Below the pieces are notes generated by a model. The model saw nothing but the letters and a program-made list of their open reading frames with translations, ran no database searches and was not told the origin of the DNA. From Nannocystales bacterium (lineage in GTDB: Bacteria; Myxococcota_A; Polyangia; Nannocystales; Nannocystaceae): DNA of 64,000 nt. Positions 58,489-64,000 of the stretch are shown here, piece by piece (the stretch's first letter is position 1; the number at the start of each line of letters is the position of its first letter). The translations under genes and the position numbers were made by a program. Location: NCBI GenBank assembly GCA_050633305.1, contig JBOEGF010000023.1, positions 64,001 through 128,000 on the forward strand, given 5' to 3'.

Positions 58489-59400
58489 TCAGCCCGCGCA
58501 GAACCCCACGGCGTCGTAGGCTGGGAGGGGGGAGCCGTAGTCGACACACGTCTCGCCCTTCGCACATGCGGGGGCGTCGAGGTCGCACAGCTGCGTGCAA
58601 CAGCGCTCGCCATCCCCGCCGCATTGCGGGGCATCGAGGCAGCCGTAACCAGGTTCGCACTCGGCGTGAGCGTCGCAGTCGCCGTCGGTGCCCTCGAGCT
58701 CGGCGAGGTGGCAGGCAAACCCAATGCCGATGGCGGGCATACAGGTGTGGCCTGCTGGGCAAGCGGGGGCGAGAGGGTCGCACTGCTCCTCGCAAACCCC
58801 GACATCGGGTTCTCCGGGGATCACGCACAGTGTCCCCTCCAGGCAGGGTCCGGCGTTGCAAATCTGATGGCAGACGCCGGTGAGGTCGAGCTTGTCGTCC
58901 GCGTTCTCGGGTCCGCACCACAGACCCGTGGCGCAGTTGTCGATGCCCGACACGAACCCGCCCTCGGCCTGGCAGGGCTCTCCGAGACCCACGGCGTTGG
59001 GATCGAGCGGGACGCAACGTACACCGGTCCAGACGCGGCCCCCATCGTTGGCCCACGGCATGCATTTGCCGTCCTCTCCACAGCCTTGTTCCGAGAAGTC
59101 ACATTCGGAGCCACTGGGGCCGGGGGGCTGCGGGCACGTGAAGCCGCACCCTCCGGTCGTCGCGTAGCCTTCGTCGGCGCCTTCAGTCTCCCAGCCGATG
59201 GGCGAGGTGGTCGTGCCCTCGTTGTCCGGAAGGCCGGTTGTGGTGTCCTCGCCCGACGAAGCGCTGGTCGAGGGGGCCGACGTCGCGCTCTGGGCTGACG
59301 TGGAGCCATCACTGCCGGACGAGGACGTCTCGGTCGGCTCGGTGTCGACGGCCGAACTACACCCAACCCCGAGGGCAACGGGCAGGAGCCATCGCCTCAT
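58489..59400 (-). CDS. Cys-rich lipoprotein (myxobacterial ECD...KCMPW repeat family)
   Basis: Lipobox GVGC; ECDFSEQGC...KCMPWANDG, CDPLAPACP; ATGA overlap with the upstream gene. Confidence 0.85.
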   Translation of the reverse strand: MRRWLLPVALGVGCSSAVDTEPTETSSSGSDGSTSAQSATSAPSTSASSGEDTTTGLPDNEGTTTSPIGWETEGADEGYATTGGCGFTCPQPPGPSGSECDFSEQGCGEDGKCMPWANDGGRVWTGVRCVPLDPNAVGLGEPCQAEGGFVSGIDNCATGLWCGPENADDKLDLTGVCHQICNAGPCLEGTLCVIPGEPDVGVCEEQCDPLAPACPAGHTCMPAIGIGFACHLAELEGTDGDCDAHAECEPGYGCLDAPQCGGDGERCCTQLCDLDAPACAKGETCVDYGSPLPAYDAVGFCAG

Positions 59401-61181
59401 CGTCGACGCCTCCGCAGGGCGGCAACCCCTAGGCCAAGCAAAGCGGTAAGCCATCCCGGGGTGCCTCCCGACGTCCGGCAGCCACCGTCATCGTCGAGGC
59501 CTCCCGCCGCGCCGCCCGTACTGCTACCGCTGCCGTCCGGACCCGCGGTGGTGTTTGCCCCTCCATCGCCGCTGGGGAACCCGGAGGAGCTCCCCTCGCC
59601 CGTTTCGGGGCCGGTACCCGTGCCCCCATCGCACTCGCTCTGCACGCTCGCGTTGTGGGCTGCAAGCTGGAGGTTGATCGTCTCGAGGTTGTCGATCTCG
59701 TTCGCCGGCAGACCGCCGGGCTGATACTGCTGCACGACGGTGGCGTAGGGCATGTCGCTGGACCAGCCCGGCCACGAGCCACTCGGTCCCACGCGCACGC
59801 TGGCCCCATCGGGGAGCACCACGGTGTCGTCACAACACTCGTCGGTGTTGCGCTGGGCGCCCCAGATGTTGGGCACCACGCTCAGTCCGTCGACCTCCGC
59901 GAACATCGGATCGAATGCCATCTCCGAGGGGGAGATCCGGCTGTAGAGGCGGGTCAGGTACGGCCAGGTCTCCAGCAGGTCGGTGGCATGGTCCCTCGGG
60001 TCGGTGATGTATTCACGGTACCGGGCAATGAATGCGTCCTCGTCCCAGGCGTCGAGATCGACGAACCCCTCGTAGCAGCTCAAGCACGCGTAGAAGACGT
60101 TGGGGTCGACGCCGTCGGGGGCGGGGACAAACTCGCGCAGCAGGAGGGGGATCAGCTCGTGGCTGTACGCGCAGGAGTCGGTGCATTGGAGGAGGCCCTG
60201 CGTCTGCAGGACGCTCACCACCGAAAGGGGGTCGACGCCCTCGAAGTCGCTCGCCTCGAGGCTCGTGGTGTCTAGCCCGGTGGGGTCGACGATGTCGCTG
60301 TCGCCCGCGTACTCGGTGACGAACGCTCGGCCGCCCGCTTCGTCGAGGGCCCGTGAGACAACGGAGCCGTAGTTCGCGGCGCGTTGCAACCAGTCGAGCC
60401 GCACCTGGTTGAGCCGCACGTGACGGTAGTTGGTCGGCAGCACCCGTGCTTCGCCCAGAAACAGCGCGCGGATGTCCATGTCTTCCTGAGCGGCGACCGC
60501 GGTGAGCCTCAGCGGAATGCAGGGCTCGGTACCCTCGTAGCGGATGACGATCGGATGCAGATCCTCGATCCCCGAGAGGTGCCGCAGGCGGAATGCGACG
60601 AAGACCGACCCCTCGTCGATATAGGCGTCGAAGATCCCGGCGGCCAGCGGGTTCGGGGCGTAGCCGTTGTCAGCCAGCCACTGCATCATCGAATCGGCCG
60701 TGCCGCCCTGCAGGATCACGTACTCGAAGGCGCCGGCCGTGGAGAGCTCGAGGACTTCGGGATCGGGGTCGATCGAGACGCCTCCGCCGTCGGGATCGCT
60801 GATGAAGCCGCTGGAGATGCCGGTGTCCCCCGGCACGCACTCGTTGGTCCCGGTGGTGATGCCGTAGCTGGGCACGGTGGCGTTGCGCAGCGCATTGATG
60901 AAGTCGAGGGAGCCGACGTCGACCTCGGGCATCACCGGCACCGGCACGATCCACGAGAACTGGGAGGCGTCGCCGCCGTCGTAGTTGATCTGGACGTGGG
61001 CTTCGACGAACCCGCCGCCCTGGGCGAAAACGATGGTCTCTCCGGTCTGGTCGACGGGCATACCGCCGGCGCCGGTGTCACAGAAGGTCCCGCCACACGC
61101 TATCGCGGAGGCGGGCGCGGCCAGATGCGCGACAAGGGCGATCGCCGGGCCGCTGAGCAGAGCAGTCCAAGGTCGGGGCAT
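59397..61181 (-). CDS. DUF2330-like exported protein with MYXO-CTERM-type signal
   Basis: ACGGTFCD, PVDQTGETIVF, FSWIVPVP, WLADNGY, PCIPLRLT, FVTEYAG, YLTRLY; C-terminus GC...LLGLGVAALRRRR. Confidence 0.88.
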   Translation of the reverse strand: MPRPWTALLSGPAIALVAHLAAPASAIACGGTFCDTGAGGMPVDQTGETIVFAQGGGFVEAHVQINYDGGDASQFSWIVPVPVMPEVDVGSLDFINALRNATVPSYGITTGTNECVPGDTGISSGFISDPDGGGVSIDPDPEVLELSTAGAFEYVILQGGTADSMMQWLADNGYAPNPLAAGIFDAYIDEGSVFVAFRLRHLSGIEDLHPIVIRYEGTEPCIPLRLTAVAAQEDMDIRALFLGEARVLPTNYRHVRLNQVRLDWLQRAANYGSVVSRALDEAGGRAFVTEYAGDSDIVDPTGLDTTSLEASDFEGVDPLSVVSVLQTQGLLQCTDSCAYSHELIPLLLREFVPAPDGVDPNVFYACLSCYEGFVDLDAWDEDAFIARYREYITDPRDHATDLLETWPYLTRLYSRISPSEMAFDPMFAEVDGLSVVPNIWGAQRNTDECCDDTVVLPDGASVRVGPSGSWPGWSSDMPYATVVQQYQPGGLPANEIDNLETINLQLAAHNASVQSECDGGTGTGPETGEGSSSGFPSGDGGANTTAGPDGSGSSTGGAAGGLDDDGGCRTSGGTPGWLTALLGLGVAALRRRRR

Positions 61182-61239
61182 GCCATGGATCTGACATCTC
61201 CTGCGCACATGTTGTCAATGTTAGTTTTTGTCTTCTTCC

Positions 61240-61809
61240 AAAACTGCCCATGCGGCGGTCGCCGAGGAGGTTGTCGTCTTCGACCACACGCTGCGGGCCG
61301 AAGGCGGTGGTATGCGGCCGCCCTCGTTTCATGTGCACTGTGACGACAACGCGTAGTCGGCCCGCACCCGGCTCGTTGCATTGACCGGCGAGCGTGAGTC
61401 GCAGCGATGGCACGCAGGGCCCTTCGCGGTCGTCAATGTGTGGCGGCCGCTTGCCCATCCGATCCAGCGCGCACCGATTGGCTTTGTGCGCCCTGGCTCG
61501 GTCGAGCCCGGCGACTGGCTGGACGTCGACATCGTGTTCCCGGATCGGCGCGGCCAGGTTCGAGGGCTACGGTACAACCCCGCGCACCAATGGCTCGTGT
61601 GGCCGACGATGACCGTCGATGAAGCCGCGATCTTCGCGACCTATGCGAACGAGGGCGTCAATGGCATCGCCCACGCTGCCGTCGAGTTGCTGGACGCGCC
61701 GCCCGAAGCGATGCCTCGACAAAGCATCGAGGCTCGCGCCTTTGTCCGCTGGCAGGCGTACGGCCCCGACACCACGAGAGACCCGAACCCGGGTCAGCCG
61801 CATCGCTGA
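61240..61809 (+). pseudogene. CmcJ/NvfI-family oxidoreductase pseudogene
   Basis: In-frame EEVVVFDHTLR...HVHCDDNA*SAR...VNVWRP...YNPAHQW...RQSIEAR, with an internal TAG at 61354-61356 and no recognisable N-terminal part or start. Confidence 0.8.
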
Positions 61810-62032
61810 ATCCCGGGCACGACATCGCGTGGCGGACGGCCTGACGGTTTCTCCACCTCGGCCAACTCGGTCCATGGCAAGACGGTCGGAGTCGATGCGA
61901 CGACCCCCGAAGCCAACGCGGCGGCTCGTTCGGTCGTGCGGCGCGATACCAGCTCAGCGGCCAGCCGCAGCACGAAAGCTCTGAGGGCGTGGGGGACTCG
62001 AGCTTCCAAATCTTCCGAAACTGAAAACAGTC

Positions 62033-63676
62033 CTAGCACCAAAACATCTCGCAGTAAGAATCGTCGCAATCGACAAAGCCGTCGTTATCGTTGTCGAGGC
62101 CGTCGTGACATTCGGTATCAGTATTCTCGCCGGTTGCGCAGACAAAGTCCCCAGGAAGGGAAACATGGGGCTCACATTCAAAAAACACCCCACAGGTATT
62201 TCCACAGCTTCCGCAGTTCGTATTGGTCGACATCCACGTGCAGACAGGAGTCCCAAGATGCGTCGGACACACCTCCTGCCCATCCTGACAGCACTCGGTG
62301 ACAAGAGCATCCATCGAGCAATCAAAATCATCGCAATCAACATAGCCATCGCCATCATTGTCGAGACCGTCGGAACATGCCGCGTTCGAATCTTCCGGAG
62401 CCAAACAAACACCGCTTGTGCAGGTGCCCCCGGCGGAGCAAGCCTCTCCGCACGCCCCGCAGTGTTGTTCGTCGGAGAGCAAGTCCACGCATTGCTCGTC
62501 GCCACACACCTCGAGGTCGCAGTTTTCGAGCGTTCGGAACTCTGACGAACTTGAAACCAAGTCAAGCCAGCCCGTCGGTTGCACCTCGGCGTACAACAGG
62601 TCGCCCACCGTAGAGAGGCCCATCACCTGCTCCGAACGCCGTCGCGTCACCTGTAGACTCAGGCCCACAACATCCTGGTCATCGACAGCCGCCCGTATCG
62701 CATCACGCGACACGTTGAAGCTACCACTGGGGTCATCGGCCTCACAGAGGAGCGAACCAACGCGACCGCCAGCTCCCGAAACGGACACAGTCACGGTTAT
62801 CTCATCTGTACCAGGCGTCCACTGCACCGCGATCTGGCCGTCGCCATAGGCCTCGGCGAGGCTGATAGAATCGAGCTGCGCGTCAACGATTGTGGTCGCC
62901 AAAAACTCGACGGAGAATTCCTCGAACCCGGCATCGAATGCCCCGCTCGCTTCAAGCTCGACCGTCCCGCCGGGCACATAGGGCGCGCCGGTTTCGACTT
63001 CGTTCAACGCATACGGAGGCAGGAGTGTGATAGGCGTGGTGGTTCCGGAGAAATTCAGGGCACCAGCATCAAACGTCTCGATATCGCGACAAGCCGCCTG
63101 TCCGGGGCCTGCAAAGTAGCAGACCTCGTCTTTGCTGCATTTCGCATCACAGATGTCCCAACAGGTCGTTGCACAATCGTCCCCAAACCCGCAGTACTGC
63201 CCCTTACCGCACTCCCCGCCGCACTCCGGGGAGAGAACAAGCTGGCACCCGTCAACGGTGCGCGTGCACGTTTGGCCCACGGTGTTCGCGTCGGGGCTGA
63301 AGCTTGCGGTCACCGATCCCACGGCCGCTCCCTCCGTACTGTGAACTTCTGCAAGGACAACCGTCCCAAGAGCATGGGCCTCAGGCACTGGCGGGTCCTC
63401 TGTTTCCCCGCCTGAATCGGTAGGGTTGCTGGAGTCGGGACCAGTGCCCGAATCGGTATCAGTACCCGAACCGGTCTGGGTACCCGACTCGGTGTCAGTG
63501 ACGGACCCGTCGCCCACTGACACCCCAGACGCTTTGCCGGAGGTTGGGGCCGTTGTCGTTGCGTCCTCGACGTCAGACCCGGTTGTCGCGTTGGGGGTGC
63601 CACAGCCCAAGGTCAGGATTGAACACAGCGAGACGATCGAGAGTTGGGCGGTTCGGACGGCTACTCGGCGCGACAT
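62033..63676 (-). CDS. Cys-rich lipoprotein with CxDGxDNDxDGxxDCDD repeats
   Basis: Lipobox TLGC; CVDLLSDEQHCGACG; CSDGLDNDGDGYVDCDD and CHDGLDNDNDGFVDCDD; many A/T-ending codons. Confidence 0.85.
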   Translation of the reverse strand: MSRRVAVRTAQLSIVSLCSILTLGCGTPNATTGSDVEDATTTAPTSGKASGVSVGDGSVTDTESGTQTGSGTDTDSGTGPDSSNPTDSGGETEDPPVPEAHALGTVVLAEVHSTEGAAVGSVTASFSPDANTVGQTCTRTVDGCQLVLSPECGGECGKGQYCGFGDDCATTCWDICDAKCSKDEVCYFAGPGQAACRDIETFDAGALNFSGTTTPITLLPPYALNEVETGAPYVPGGTVELEASGAFDAGFEEFSVEFLATTIVDAQLDSISLAEAYGDGQIAVQWTPGTDEITVTVSVSGAGGRVGSLLCEADDPSGSFNVSRDAIRAAVDDQDVVGLSLQVTRRRSEQVMGLSTVGDLLYAEVQPTGWLDLVSSSSEFRTLENCDLEVCGDEQCVDLLSDEQHCGACGEACSAGGTCTSGVCLAPEDSNAACSDGLDNDGDGYVDCDDFDCSMDALVTECCQDGQEVCPTHLGTPVCTWMSTNTNCGSCGNTCGVFFECEPHVSLPGDFVCATGENTDTECHDGLDNDNDGFVDCDDSYCEMFWC

Positions 63677-63740
63677 CCTCGATGTAGACGTCAGACCGGG
63701 GCAAAGTGATCCCGCGCCGCAGTACGCGCAGCGACAAAGC

Positions 63741-63918
63741 AGGCGTTTCGCGAAACGACCTGGGAAAATCCGGTGTGGAAGAGTACGGCTTCCGGCGCAG
63801 AGGCCCGTGTTCGCGGAGCGGGCCAGGGGCCGGCTCCGGATTGGGGCTGAGCCTGGCTGAGCGAAGGCATCGACGGCGAAAGGCGGGCCCGGTAGGGCAG
63901 CGTGAAGGCACGTGCCCA
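63741..63918. repeat. Dispersed ~180-bp intergenic repeat, copy 2
   Basis: Same orientation as, and collinear with, 58301-58480. Confidence 0.8.
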
Positions 63919-64000
63919 GAATCCAGGCAGTTCTTTGCGGGTGCGAGCGCCGAGGCGCGGCACGGCGTACGCGCTGGTAAGTCGGCGCGGGAGCGTGGGG

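Noticed and set aside
61354..61356. TAG read-through (pyrrolysine or recoding) in the CmcJ-like frame
   Set aside because: The gene also lacks its N-terminus and has an altered metal motif, and no pyl genes are in view; a pseudogene is the simpler explanation.
1..64000. CRISPR array, rRNA, tRNA, transposase or integrase
   Set aside because: No regularly spaced repeat-spacer units, no recognisable structural-RNA signatures and no recombinase motifs seen by eye; a small RNA could have been missed.

Overview
GC-rich bacterial chromosome segment, most likely from a myxobacterium (Myxococcota, Nannocystaceae-like). The basis is three MYXO-CTERM-type sorting signals, many Cys-rich lipoproteins with Ser/Thr/Asp/Gly linkers, three eukaryotic-like Ser/Thr kinases and three ECF sigma factors. 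About 53 genes and one pseudogene are supported; I saw no rRNA, tRNA, CRISPR array or intact transposase. Housekeeping-type genes include dinB (with a myxobacterial LexA box inside a sigma70-type promoter), an RsmC-like methyltransferase, a SWIM-SNF2 helicase, HPF/RaiA, a Glu/Leu/Phe/Val dehydrogenase, a LOG-family protein, a LysM-MepA endopeptidase and a di-heme peroxidase. The most striking signal is a pair of paralogous cassettes (36064-39434 and 40915-44265) ordered [outer-membrane barrel-like protein] > [ECF sigma] > [membrane-anchored anti-sigma-like protein] > [Cys-rich lipoprotein]. Sigma and anti-sigma are fused in the first and separate in the second. Each cassette has its own bipartite DNA motif, found before the sigma gene and again before a neighbouring lipoprotein gene. 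This points to a candidate trans-envelope signalling system with private promoters and no TonB receptor. Other observations: TAnnnT boxes 5-9 nt before at least 16 start codons (probable leaderless mRNAs); a TonB receptor/PstS-like/two-component operon; an orphan MCE protein with Cys-rich inserts; a tetraheme cytochrome-thioredoxin operon; and a ~180-bp dispersed non-coding repeat. All family calls come from reading motifs by eye, not database searches, and many start codons were re-assigned by hand.
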